Shown piece after piece: positions 24,405 to 37,428 of a stretch of 64,000 nucleotides of DNA. A program made the position numbers and the translations under genes. Below the pieces are notes generated by a model. The model worked only from the letters and a program-made list of their open reading frames with translations, ran no database searches and was not told the origin of the DNA. Each line of letters starts with the position of its first letter. Position 1 is the first letter of the stretch. Origin of the DNA: Eledone cirrhosa (Eukaryota); assembly GCA_964016885.1 (NCBI GenBank), contig OZ024753.1:9362001-9426000 (forward strand), read 5' to 3'.

Positions 24405-25112
24405 TATCCTGGATTTGAACTCAGAACATAAAGGGCCATAACACCATGCCACAATATATGTTGTCCGATGCTCCATCAATACTGCCAATCCACCTACCCA
24501 CTGTAGTAGTTTAGTTTAAAACAAATAATTGTTTCTACTTTACGCACAAGGCCAGCAAATTTGGGGAGAGAGGAAAGTTGATTAACCCTTAAAAATTTAA
24601 ACCGGCCATATCCGGCCGGAATCCTCTCACTTCTTTCTGTTCAAACTGACCATGACTGGCCACTCATACTTCTATTAAGGTATTGTTCTCAAAATAAATA
24701 ACATCAAAATCTCATAGATTCGTTATTATGTGAGATAATTAGGTAAGGTAAAGCCTTTACCACAAAAATACAATAATATATATAGAATAAATCTCCCCAG
24801 TTCATTACTGCTACTTTATTTATCAATCTTGTAAGGATGAAAGGGAAAGCTAACCTCGGTAGGATTTAAACTCAAAACGTAAAGGGCCGTAACTCTATCC
24901 CACAAATAATTGTTTCTACTTTTGGCACAAGGCCGGCAATTATCCCAGTGTATTACTGGTACTTTATTTTATCGACCCTGTAAGGATGAAAGGCAAAGTT
25001 AACCTCGGTTTTATATCTAATTAATTGTTCCTACTTTTGGCACAAGGCCAGTGTATTACTGGTACTTTATTTTATTGCCCCCATAAGGATGAAAGGCAAA
25101 GTTAACCTCGAA
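24405..25112 (-). mobile_element. Cluster of SINE B fragments with a nested minus-strand piggyBac-like MITE (~24582-24790)
   Basis: Several SINE B tails and heads; one SINE is split by TTAACCCTT...MITE sequence. Confidence 0.8.
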
Positions 25113-25601
25113 ATAATAAGTCTAGTGCAGCATCAAGGAAGTCACCTAGCTGTAGAATAGAGCCCTAAAATTATTTTATCTAATCTCTACCCGCATAGAA
25201 AGGCAGATATATCTTTGATGATTATGGTAAAGATGCCATCATTTTTGATGACACGGGTTCACTACTGTATTAATAAGGATAAATAATTGGTGTACCCATA
25301 ATTATTATTGTAATTATATTATTCTAGAGTTATGGAGGCAATTATAGAATATTGTGAAATATTAATGGAAAGGTGAATGTTTGATAAATCAAATGGCACA
25401 GAAATAGTTATATATGAAGGTGGATAGTAGAAGCTGGAGAGGAGAGAGGACAGGGGGGGGTACTGCACTCCCTCTAAGTTCACACAAGCTATTACAACTA
25501 TAAATTGATACACTTCTATACATATATCTACATAATACACACATTAACCTCCACATATAATACATAGCTACACACTTATCACATAGATATACTTATAAAT
25601 G

Positions 25602-25892
25602 ATCATCATTTTTATGTCCGCTTTTCCCTGCTTGCAAGGGTGGGATGGGTCCTTTTCAGCACAGCATCTCTAAATTTGTCACGGTCCTTCATCATCTCAT
25701 CTGTGAGCTTCAGCGATCTGAGGTCAGCTCTCACCACCTCCGCCCATGGTTTTCGTGGTTTTCCTCTATTATGTCAGCCTGCTACTGGGATTTATTGGCA
25801 CTTCTTTACCCAGCGGTCATCCTCCATGTGCATCACATGTCCATACCAATGCAGTCTTCTCTCCTGCCCACTACAGCTTATCCCTCTTATAC
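25602..25892 (-). mobile_element. RTE LINE 3' end (short-UTR family)
   Basis: Reverse complement homologous to 3740-4038 (ERRLHWYGHVM, GKPRKPW). Confidence 0.85.
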
Positions 25893-25975
25893 ACATAAAT
25901 ATATGTACAAAACCTTTTTTGTATTTATCGTTGTTGTGGTATAAGTATGGCCACTGCATTCGGTTGTTTTTCTTG

Positions 25976-27368
25976 GTGTTTTAATCTGGATGATAATGTT
26001 GTGTTTTAATCTGGATGATAATGTTGTGTTTTAATCTGGATGATAATGTGTTTTAATCTGGATGATAATGTTGTGTTTTAATCTGGATGATAATGTTGTG
26101 TTTTAATCTGGATGATAATGTTGTGTTTTAATCTGGATGATAGTGTTGTGTTTTAATCTGGATGATAGTGTTGTGTTTTAATCTGGATGATAATGTGTTT
26201 TAATCTGGATGATAATGTTGTGTTTTAATCTGGATGATAATGTTGTGTTTTAATCTGGATGATAATGTTGTATTTTAATCTGGATGATAATGTGTTTTAA
26301 TCTGGATGATAATGTGTTTTAATCTGGATGATAATTGTTTCTACTTTAGGCACAAGGCCAGCAATTACCCAGTGCATTACTGGTACTTTATTTTATCGAC
26401 CCCGTAAGGATGAAAGGCAAAGTCAACCTCGGCGGGATTTGAACTCAGATCGTAAAGGGACATAACTATGCTGGAAAGCATGGCGTCCGACCCTCTACCG
26501 ATACTGCCAATCCACCGCCCTGCTGGATGATAATGTTATGTTTTAATCTGGATGATAATGTGTTTTAATCTGGATGATAATGTGTTTTAATCTGGATGAT
26601 AATGTGTTTTAATCTGGATGATAATGTTGTGTTTTAATCTGGATGATAATGTATTTTAATCTGGATGATAATGTGTTTTAATCTGGATGATAATGTGTTT
26701 TAATCTGGATGATAATGTGTTTTAATCTGGATGATAATGTTGTGTTTTAATCTGGATGATAATGTATTTTAATCTGGATGATAATGTGTTTTAATCTGGA
26801 TGATAATGTGTTTTAATCTGGATGATAATGTGTTTTAATCTGGATGATAATGTTGTGTTTTAATCTGGATGATAATGTATTTTAATCTGGATGATAATGT
26901 GTTTTAATCTGGATGATAATGTGTTTTAATCTGGATGATAATGTGTTTTAATCTGGATGATAATGTGTTTTAATCTGGATGATAATGTGTTTTAATCTGG
27001 ATGATAATGTGTTTTAATCTGGATGATAATGTGTTTTAATCTGGATGATAATGTTGTGTTTTAATCTGGATGATAATGTATTTTAATCTGGATGATAATG
27101 TGTTTTAATCTGGATGATAATGTGTTTTAATCTGGATGATAATGTGTTTTAATCTGGATGATAATGTGTTTTAATCTGGATGATAATGTGTTTTAATCTG
27201 GATGATAATGTTGTGTTTTAATCTGGATGATAATGTATTTTAATCTGGATGATAATGTGTTTTAATCTGGATGATAATGTGTTTTAATCTGGATGATAAT
27301 GTGTTTTAATCTGGATGATAATGTGTTTTAATCTGGATGATAATGTGTTTTAATCTGGATGATAATGT
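25976..27368. repeat. 22/25-bp minisatellite interrupted by a SINE B
   Basis: Unit GTGTTTTAATCTGGATGATAAT(GTT), ~50 copies. Confidence 0.95.
26335..26522 (-). mobile_element. Full-length SINE family B (short variant)
   Basis: Head GGGCGGTGGATTGGCAGTATCGGTAGAG..GAGTTCAAATCCCGCC on the minus strand; flanked by CTGGATGATAAT on both sides. Confidence 0.9.
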
Positions 27369-27624
27369 TTAGTTTATCAACCCAGTCAGTGCTCTGTGAT
27401 TGCCTCAAACAACTCGATTAGTATCTGCTATATGGTGGCTACAACTTCAATCCATACCCAATATTATATATATATATATATCAGTGACGAAGGGTAACCT
27501 GGAAAGCAGGGCAAGCAGTCCAATCACCAGGGTGGAAAGTGGGGCTGTTCAGCCTTAACCCCCCCCCCCCCCAATTCCCTCTAAATGACCCTCTCGGCTA
27601 AAGCCGCATGTAGTATTATCTAGT

Positions 27625-27889
27625 GTGTGTGTGTGTGTGTTATCTTTTTATGTGTCTACGGTTTAGTAAGCAGCCAAAATTCTGCTTGCTTCAACCGATG
27701 CTGTCGTGTGTTTGTGTGTATGTGTGTGTGTGTGTGTTATCTTTTTATTGGTCTACGATTTAGTAAGCAGCCAAAATTCTCCTTGCTTCAACCAACGCTG
27801 TCATGTGTATGTGTGTGTATGTGTTATCTTTTTATGTGTCTACGATTTAGTAAGCAGCCAAAATTCTGCTTGCTTCAACCAATGCTGTC

Positions 27890-27940
<51 letters not shown>

Positions 27941-28000
27941 CTTTTTATGTGTCTACGATTTAGTAAGCAGTCAAAATTCCACTTGCTTCAACCAACGCAA
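27625..28000. repeat. ~90-bp tandem repeat x4 with (GT)n spacers
   Basis: GTTATCTTTTTATGTGTCTACGATTTAGTAAGCAGCCAAAATTCT.CTTGCTTCAACC repeated. Confidence 0.9.
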
Positions 28001-28087
28001 TTGATCAACTCAAGATTCTATAATGCATGCACTGCATGCGTTGCATGCACGCACCCTTCGCCCCTGTTATATATATATATATATATA

Positions 28088-28250
28088 TCATCATCATCAT
28101 CATCATCATCAGGTTTAGCGTCCGTGTTCCACGCTTGCATGGGTTTGGACGTGGGGTTTTCCCACTTGAGGCAAGAGTGGTTGTCTTGCTCGCATAGGAC
28201 TGTCTGGCGGGTTTTCTACAGTTGGATGCCCTTCCTAACACCAACCACAT
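28088..28250 (-). mobile_element. RTE 3'UTR stub (family of 47899/61863)
   Basis: (CAT)n..CGTCCGTGTTCCACGCTTGCATGGGTTTGGAC..GGATGCCCTTCCTAACACCAACC. Confidence 0.8.
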
Positions 28251-29090
28251 ATATATAGTAATAATAAATGTGAAGACTAAAATCCAAAGAGGGCTCAATA
28301 AGGATTATATATATATAAGATATATATGAAAAGAGTCAGGACGACATCAACTGAGCTCTGGCAGCTAGATACGAACTGTTCAGATCAAGTTGTCAATCTG
28401 GCCAGAGCTCAGCCGTCGGAGTTGTGACTCTTTTCATATTACCCACTCTACTACTCAAAGTATTGAATCTATGAGATTTTGATGTTATTTATTTTGAGAA
28501 CAATTCCTTAACGTCAGTATGAGTGGCCATTTACAGCCGGTTTAAACAGAAAGTGTTAAGAAAATTCTAGATTCGATATTACAAGAGATAATTATGTAAG
28601 ACGAATCCTTTACCACAAAAATACAACAGTAAAAAGCAATGTTAATATTAAAGGGTTAAAAAAATATCTAAGGGATAATTCAAACTAACAACTAGAAATG
28701 GAAAAATATTTTATTAAAAAATTCTCTTTAGAACCAAACAACAACAGCTTTATTTAAAATAGATGTAAACATACACAGATAGACTCTAAATGTTTGTACA
28801 TCCTTTGAACAACAAAAGTTGTATTGTGATAAGTCTTGTGAAAGATGAAACAGTTTCTTTCAAATTATAAATAATGTTTTATTATTATATTTTGTTTAAC
28901 AAAGTGATAAATAGTTTCTTACTTCTGACAATTATACTTTAATCATATATTATTCTGTACAATACAGAAGACACTTATAACTAATTAATTGTGTGCACTC
29001 AAATATACGCATTTGTATTTACAAAATACGATTTCTGCAAAATCATGAGTCTGTCGCAACAGGCAATCTTGGATGAATTCCATTAAATAT

Positions 29091-29320
29091 TTAACCCTTT
29101 AGCATTTACATTGCTCTATATTTACTATTGTATTTTCACGGTAAAGGCTTTATCTTACATAATTATCTCACATAATAATGAATCTATGAGATTTTGATGT
29201 TATTTATTTTGAGAACAACACCTTAACATCTGTATGAGTGGCCAGTTACAGCTGGTTTGACAAGAAAGAGATGAGAGAGTTCTGGCCAGATACGGTCGGT
29301 TTAAATGCCAAAGAGTTAAC
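29091..29320 (+). mobile_element. piggyBac-like MITE, full length
   Basis: TTAACCCTTTAGCATTT...AAATGCCAAAAGAGTTAA. Confidence 0.85.
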
Positions 29321-29332
29321 AATCCATCCTTG

Positions 29333-29386
<54 letters not shown>

Positions 29387-29500
29387 CGTGGAAGATGGAT
29401 GTTAAATGATGATATATATATATATATATTTATGTTTATCTCGGGTTCAATCAGGGGTAATCACAGTAAGTAAGGTACTCAATATATATACATATATATA

Positions 29501-31137
29501 TCATCATCACCGTTTTACGTCCGTTCTTCCACGCTAGCATGGGTTAGACGGGTTGTCCTGTTGTGGGCAGTGACCAGTCGGTTGACCTTGTCTTGCTCAT
29601 ACAGAACTGATGCTGGCTTGATTTCTACAGCTGGATGCCCTTCCTAACACCAACCTCATTTACAGTGAGTGCTGGGTGCTTTTTAGTGTGGGCGGGGTGC
29701 TTTTTTTCCGTGACGCCTACACGTCCACTTTACAGTGTGGGCTGGGTGCTTTTTAGTGTGGGCTGGGTGCTTTTTAGTGTGGGCTGGGTGCTTTTTAGTG
29801 TGGGCTGGGTGCTTTTTAGTGTGGGCTGGGTGCTTTTTAGTGTGGGCTGGGTGCTTTTTAGTGTGGGCTGGGTGCTTTTTAGTGTGGGCTGGGTGCTTTT
29901 TTTCCGTGACGCCTACACGTCCACTTTACAGTGTGGGCTGGGTGCTTTTTAGTGTGGGCTGGGTGCTTTTTAGTGTGGGCTGGGTGCTTTTTAGTGTGGG
30001 CTGGGTGCTTTTTAGTGTGGGCTGGGTGCTTTTTAGTGTGGGCTGGGTGCTTTTTAGTGTGGGCTGGGTGCTTTTTAGTGTGGGCTGGGTGCTTTTTAAT
30101 GTGGGCTGGGTGCTTTTTTTCCGTGACGCCTACACGTCCACTTTACAGTGTGGGCTGGGTGTTTTTTAGTGTGGGCTGGCTGCTTTTTAGTGTGGGCTGG
30201 GTGCTTTTTAGTGTGGGCTGGGTGCTTTTTAGTGTGGGCTGGGTGCTTTTTTTCCGTGACGCCTACACGTCCACTTTACAGTGTGGGCTGGGTGCTTTTT
30301 AGTGTGGGCAGGGTGCTTTTTAGTGTGGGCTGGGTGCTTTTTAGTGTGGGCTGGGTGCTTTTTAGTGTGGGCTGGGTGCTTTTTAGTGAGTGCTGGGTGC
30401 TTTTTAGTGTGGGCTGGGTGCTTTTTTTCCGTGACGCCTACACGTCCACTTTACAGTGTGGGCTGGGTGCTTTTTAGTGTGGGCTGGGTGCTTTTTAGTG
30501 TGGGCTGGGTGCTTTTTAGTGTGGGCTGGGTGCTTTTTAGTGTGGGCTGGGTGCTTTTTTTCCGTGACGCCTACACGTCCACTTTACAGTGTGGGCTGGG
30601 TGCTTTTTAGTGTGGGCTGGGTGCTTTTTAGTGTGGGCTGGGTGCTTTTTTTCCGTGACGCCTACACGTCCACTTTACAGTGTGGGCTGGGTGCTTTTTA
30701 GTGTGGGCTGGGTGCTTTTTAGTGTGGGCTGGGTGCTTTTTAGTGTGGGCTGGGTGCTTTTTAGTGTGGGCTGGGTGCTTTTTACTGTGACACCTACACG
30801 TTCACTTTACAGTGTGGACTGGGTGCTTTTTACTGTGGGGCCTACACGTTCACTTTACAGTGTGGACTGGGTGCTTTTTACTGTGGGGCCTACACGTTCA
30901 CTTTACAGTGTGGACTGGGTGCTTTTTACTGTGACACCTACACGTTCACTTTACAGTGTGGACTGGGTGCTTTTTACTGTGGTGCCTACACGTCCACTTT
31001 ACAGTGTGGACTGGGTGCTTTTTACTGTGGGGCCTACACGTTCACTTTACAGTGTGGACTGGGTGCTTTTTACTGTGGGGCCTACACGACCACTTTACAG
31101 TGTGGGTGTGTGGGGGCATATTGTCTATATGCTTCAT
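29501..31137 (-). mobile_element. RTE long-UTR family 3'UTR with internal minisatellite expansion (21-bp and 48/49-bp units, ~29663-31105)
   Basis: Flanks match the reverse complement of 11280-11585; the middle is (AGTGTGGGCTGGGTGCTTTTT)n interspersed with CCGTGACGCCTACACGTCCACTTTAC. Confidence 0.9.
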
Positions 31138-31384
31138 GAGTTTCAACTTGGATCATTAATACCACCAACTCTGAATAGGTTTAATAATAATCATATTTAT
31201 TATAATTATCATAATTATTATATTTATTATCTTTATTATGTGAAAGTAGATTAATAATGTTATGTTAAATTGATTTAAAACCAAAGCTAAATCCAGAGGC
31301 ATTCAACAATGGTTGATGATTAATTCTGCATTTTCTTTCTAATAACAATGGTTATGCACAAATAATCAGCATGTGATGCATATC

Positions 31385-31430
31385 TGTGTGTGTGTGTGTG
31401 TGTGCGCGTGCGTGCGTACGTGCGTGCGTG

Positions 31431-31464
<34 letters not shown>

Positions 31465-31515
31465 GTTCATATTGCTTGGTACCATACACATACAAATATG
31501 TGTATGGGTTAATAA

Positions 31516-31568
<53 letters not shown>

Positions 31569-31893
31569 AATCATACATTTGTGTGTGTGTATATATATAT
31601 ATGTATGTATATATTTGTGTATGTATATATATATATGTGTGTATATATTTGTGTGTATATATTTGTGTGTATATATATATGTGTGTGTATATATTTGTGT
31701 GTATATATTTGTGTGTATATATATATATGTGTGTATATATTTGTGTGTATATATATATATGTATGTATATATATATATATGTATGTATATATTTGTGTGT
31801 ATATATATATATGAGTGTATACATTTGTGTGTATATATATATACATAAATCATACATTTGTGTGTGTATATATATATATATGTGTGTATATAT
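31385..31893. repeat. (TG)n/(TA)n compound microsatellite
   Basis: Direct reading of the sequence. Confidence 0.9.
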
Positions 31894-32083
31894 CTCTGCA
31901 TCTCATTCGGAGCAATGCACCATGACAATATAGTTATTATAGCTACGCCACTACAATGCACTAGATTCTTCTGAGAAAGCCATATTGTTTCTTCTTCAAA
32001 GGATGTTACTGTAGACTAAATAATGCCAAATAATTGTTCAATCTATTTGGTGAACAGCAATATCATTTACCTTCTCCTGATTG

Positions 32084-33036
32084 CCACCACCACCACCACC
32101 ACCACATTCTCCACCATCACCACCACATTCTCCACCATCCCCACCACCACCACCACATTCTCCACCATCACCACCACCACCACCACATTCTCCACCATCA
32201 CCACCACCACATTCTCCACCATCACCACCACCACCACCACATTCTCCACCATCACCACCACCACATTCTCCACCAGCACCACCACCACCACCACATTCTC
32301 CACCATCACCACCACATTCTCCACCATCACCACCACATTCTCCACCAGCACCACCACCACCACCACATTCTCCACCAGCACCACCACCACCACCACCATC
32401 ACCACCACCACCACCACCAGCACCACCTCCAGCACCACCACCACCACCACCACCACATTCTCCACCATCACCACCACCACCACCACATTCTCCACCATCA
32501 CCACCACCACCACCATATTCTCCACCATCACCACCACCACCACATTCTCCACCATCACCACCACCACCACCACCACCAGTTTCCATTGCCACTACTGCCA
32601 TCACCACCACATTTTCCACCATCACCACCAGCACCACATTCTCCACCACCACTACATTTTCCACCATCACCACCATCACCACCACCACCACTACATTCTC
32701 CACCATCACCACCAGCACCACATTCTCCACCACCACCACCACCTTTACCACCAACACGTCCACCACCACCTCCACCACTACCACCACCAACACCTCCACC
32801 ACCACTTCTACCACCACCATCACCACCTCCACCACCACCACCAACACCACCTCTACCACCACCACTACCACTGGTGGTGGTAGAGTTGTTGTTGTTGTTG
32901 CTGTTGTTGTTACTACAGTTGTTGTTGTTACTACAGTTGTTGTTGTTGTTGTTGCTATTGTTGTTGTTACTATTGTTGTTGTACTTACTATTGTTGCTAT
33001 TGTTGTTGCTGTTGTTGTTGCTATTGTTGTTGTTAC
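32084..33036. repeat. (CCA)n-based low-complexity array with ACATTCTCCACCATC motif, followed by (GTT)n
   Basis: Direct reading; generates spurious Thr/His/Pro ORFs. Confidence 0.9.
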
Positions 33037-33194
33037 TTACCACTGTTTAATTCATCCTATGGATGAGATTTTAAAGGCGTTTCAAAATTTCTCTTTTACC
33101 CATTTATCAAAATTTGACAAGCTGAGTTGATAAACCTTAGCTTAAAATATTTTGATACACACACACACACACACACATATATCTATATAGATAC

Positions 33195-33665
33195 ATACTG
33201 TACAATGCAATCCGTAGAAAAGATAGCCCCAACAACACATTCAAAGCTACAGCAATGTGGAAGACATACACATACATAATATGAAAGACTACTGGTGGAA
33301 TATTCCAGTCAAAACCCCAATAAAATGCAAACATAACAGATCAGATATAATGATATGGGACAAGGAAAAGAAGACATGCACAGTAGTGGAAGTTAGCTGT
33401 CCAGCAGATACCAATATAATATTAAAGATTAGCAAAAAGGAGAATATCTATACAGAACTGATGAGAAATCTGCAGATACTCCACCCTGACTATACCTTCA
33501 GATGTATACCTGTGGTTATTGGGAGACTGGGGTATGTTAGTAACTGCCTCAGTACTCATCTTAAGAAGCTGGGCTTCACAAGAACAGAAAGAACGAAACT
33601 AGTTAGGAAATTACAAGTACAATCCAGTAAAAATATGTAAAACATTCCAAAAATTCTGCATCTAA
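33195..33665 (+). mobile_element. R4/Dong-like non-LTR retrotransposon 3' fragment (restriction-like endonuclease)
   Basis: YWWNIPVKT..KHNRSDIMIWDK..VVEVSCPAD..K...Y..L...IPVVIGRLG. Confidence 0.8.
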
Positions 33666-33884
33666 TAACTGCATATACACATGTACAGATACAAAGCATA
33701 TGCACATGCACACATATAACTCAGTGTTTGGAACATAACTTAAATGTAGAATTATGTTGTAAGGCTTTTAGATACATAGAAACACTTTAAAACAAACAGT
33801 TTGGTATTATAAAATAGATCCAGTATAGTTCTTAGATGAATTAAACCAGCCATATCTGGCAAGAATTCTCTCACCTCTTAAACT

Positions 33885-35100
33885 TGACTTTCCTAAAGCT
33901 TTCAATTCTGTGCCACACAAAAGACTTATCGCAAAACTCTCTGCAATGGGGGTGAAGGATAATCTTTTTAACTGGTTGAAGTCCTTCATTCTCATTCGAA
34001 GAGAGGTAGTCACGGTTCTAGGACAGCATTCCTCACCATCTGAGATGTCATCTGGTGTACCACAGGGGCCTGTTCTTGGTTCTGTTTTGTTTGTGCTATA
34101 TATTAATGAGATAGATGCCAACTTAAAAAATGCCACAGTACTGAAATATGCAGATGCATGAAGCTGTACCTTGAGATAAAAAGGACAGATCCTGAACACT
34201 ATAGATCTTTCCTGCAATCTGACCTGGACACAATGCAACAATGGATCACGGACTGGCAACTCAATTTGGCTGTGGACAAGTGTACCACCATGCATTTTAT
34301 GGGTAAAAATCCAACGTCCACATACTTCCTCCACAACACTAATATCAAGAAGTCTTCTTGTGAACGTGACCTGGGCATTACTGTCAGCAGCAATTTGCAT
34401 TGGACGAAGCACATCTCTAAAATTGTCAAGAAGGCCGAGGGTGTGTTAGCATCACTCAGGAAGACCTTTGTCAGCCGCTCTCCAGCTATCTATTTAAGGC
34501 TGTACATGGCTATGGTGCGGCCACACTTAGAATTTACATCACCAGTCTGGAACCCCTATCTTGCTCAGAACATTGACTGCCTGGAAACTGTTCAGAGACG
34601 TGCAACCAAGCGAATACCCTCCACCAGGCATCTACCATACTCTGAACGCCTTGCTTCCCTGGGCATGGATACATTGAAGCTCCAATGTCTGGCAACTGAC
34701 TTGGTAAACACCCACAAAGTTATTAACCATCTTGCCAACAAGAACCCTGAGCACCTTTTTGATTTCCATGTGTCTAACACACATGGGCATGCCTACAAAG
34801 TCAGAAAACAGCACAGCTCCCATGACTTTCGGAAACATTTTTTCATGCTCAGAGTTGCTGAAGCATGGAACACTGCATCCTTTAAATCCTCCATGCTTCC
34901 TGAGATTCACAAACTCTACACCTGATGCCCCCCCCCCCCCTCCATACATATGCACACATATATTTCATGACTTGTACAATGTTCATTTTCCTGACATTTG
35001 TACATTATTCTATATACTATACATGCACCTTTCATGAGTTGTAGTGCACCTGAGCACTGTACACAATAATTCCATTATTATATTATTATTAGTATTATTA
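33885..35100 (+). mobile_element. CR1-clade LINE, 5'-truncated, frameshifted
   Basis: DFPKAFNSVPH, SGVPQG.VLG.VLF..YIN, KYAD, ERDLGI, VRPHLEF..PVWNP, LETVQRRATK; (ATT)n tail. Confidence 0.92.
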
Positions 35101-35614
35101 TATTAAAAAAATTGTAGAAGGCAGCCCACATTGTGGAGCTGACTTGAGATGTTGAATACTCTGGCACCAGAGCAGATTAAAAGACATGAAGACAAGCAAG
35201 AATAAGAACAAAAGATTTGAACTCCTAATCCATATACAGATCGTGTAATATCTTTCTCACTTGACTATCACCATCTAACAATTAAAATATATCTAGATAT
35301 ACTGTTAAAAAGAAAAGTAAATAAAAATGAAAAAAAACAGAAACAAAATTTTTACAGAGACATTCAGAATTTTTATTTGAAATTTTAGACACAATTTCGA
35401 TAAGATAAATAAAACAAAAATCTTAAATTCAGAGAATTGGAAATATTCCAGGAAACTGATTTCTTGGCAAATGTCCCTCTTGAAATAAAATCTAAAGATA
35501 GTTTTTCAATGACCTATTGTTTGGATGAATATTATTAGTAAAGATAGATGGTTAGTAAACTCCAGTTATAGAAGACAATCAGCCAAATATGATATATATA
35601 TATATTAATCTCTT

Positions 35615-35661
<47 letters not shown>

Positions 35662-35662
35662 C

Positions 35663-35689
<27 letters not shown>

Positions 35690-35694
<5 letters not shown>

Positions 35695-36035
35695 TCACAA
35701 GATTCAAAGCTATGTTCAAAGCATTTATTCACTTACAATTGTTTCATCCAAACGTAGGCTTGGAGTCTTCGGACCATTTTTCAATGCTTGTACATATAAT
35801 TGACCTCCTATCCAACGCAAGAGATGTACAGATACATATATATATATTGATGTACAGTGGAGTGACATATATTATACTATACTATATTTGTACAGCAATT
35901 CAAATTTAAAATCAAAATTAAAATACATGCGGCAGATAACACAGATAATGCAAGAGGATAGTTTGATAGCCAGATCTAGTAGATAGTGTATGCGTTAGTC
36001 ACACATGGAGCATGCAAGTGTGTCTCGTTTATATA
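35690..36035 (-). mobile_element. Non-coding hammerhead-bearing repeat (retrozyme/Penelope pLTR-like), copy 1
   Basis: Homologous to 58430-58790; minus-strand CCGAAGA-C-TCCAAGC..GTTTGGA-T-GAAAC-AATT-GTA at ~35733-35772. Confidence 0.7.
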
Positions 36036-36235
36036 CCAGTATTGTGTGGCAAGGTGTTACATGTAATGCAAGCGCTTTAAGCGGGTAAGCAAGAGTATTA
36101 TGGTGGTTGTAGTGGGAGGGTATTTTTTGTATAGATCAAAAAAGTATGTGTGCAGAAAAAGAAAAAGAAAGTTATAGTTTTTGCATCCACCACCATTTTC
36201 ACATTAAGAAAAAGGAAGTTATAGTTTTCACATCC

Positions 36236-36570
36236 AGGCACATGGCTTAGTGGTTAGAGCATTGGCCTTGCAATCGAAAGGTTGTAAGTTCAATTCTCAG
36301 ACAGGGTGGTGTGTTGTTTCCTTGAGCAAGACACTTTATTTCACATTGCTTCAGTTTACTCAGCTGTAGAAATGAGATGATAGGGACTGGGGTCCATACC
36401 ATTCCACTGCAAAGTGGTCGTGGAGGTGCCACGGCAAAAACTCCCAGCACTCACTGTAAATGAGGTTGGTGTTAGGAAGGGCATCCAGCTGTAGAAATCA
36501 AGCCAGAATCAGTTCCCGTCCCACCCTTGGAGGCAGGGAAAAGTGGACGTAAAATGATGATGATGATGAT
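36236..36570 (+). mobile_element. SINE family A, full length
   Basis: GGCACATGGCTTAGTGGTTAG..; short-UTR RTE-type tail, (ATG)n. Confidence 0.9.
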
Positions 36571-36587
36571 ATGTATATATATATATG

Positions 36588-36808
36588 TATGATTTTATCA
36601 TTTATTTTGTCTGACCTGTTTAGCTTGACTTGTTTTTTGGCTTAGGTGGTTAATGCCTTCTTGACCACCTTTTCAGTTTGTATGGCGTTTATAACCTATG
36701 TTTATAGCTCTGGTCTTTTAGCCCATGGAGCGCTTGCCAGCATGACTCTGAATTTGCATTACATTTCGCTTTTTCTACCCGCCGAAATACGATTCTCGCT
36801 GAATTTAT
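36588..36808. repeat. Dispersed ~215-bp repeat of unknown class (second copy 43080-43296)
   Basis: TATCATTTATTTTGT.TGACCTGTTTAGCTTGACTTG...CGATTCTCGCTGAATTTA occurs twice. Confidence 0.8.
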
Positions 36809-36945
36809 ATTTGTATTTATATATATACATATGTGTGTGTGTGTATATACACTCTCTATCACAGTATAGTGTTTTTAAAAATACAAATCTCCACTGACTT
36901 ATATTTGATTTGAACTATCTCTAATCACTTACGGGTGCACTTGTT

Positions 36946-37428
36946 TTTACATATATACATTCTTACATATATACATTCTTACATATATACATTTTTACAT
37001 ATATACATTTTTACATATATACATTCTTACATATATACATTCTTACATATATACATTTTGAGATATATACATTTTTACATATATACATTCTTACATATAT
37101 ACATTCTTACATATATACACTTTTACATATACACATTCTTACATATTTACACTCTGACATATATACATTTTGAGATATATACATTTTTACATATATACAT
37201 TTTCACATATATACATTCTGAGATATATATATTTTTACATATATACATTCTTACATATATACATTCTGAGATATATACATTTTTACATATGTACATTCTT
37301 ACATATATACATTTTTACATATGTACATTCTTACATATATACATTTTTACATAGTACATTCTTACATATATACATTTTTACATATATACATTCTTACATA
37401 TATACATGTTTACATATATACATTCTTT
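36946..37428. repeat. 16-bp minisatellite
   Basis: Unit CTTACATATATACATT with TGAGA variants. Confidence 0.9.

Noticed and set aside
29663-30790. CRISPR-like alternation of a constant motif with variable-length intervals
   Set aside because: The intervals are copies of one 21-bp unit, not unique spacers; no cas genes; eukaryotic LINE UTR context.
32023-33130. Extensin-, mucin- or poly-His-like ORFs
   Set aside because: (CCA)n low complexity, open in many frames on both strands, no supporting gene structure.
36236-36310. tRNA gene
   Set aside because: A/B boxes are present but continue into a SINE body; no proper acceptor stem or terminator. The same applies to all SINE heads.
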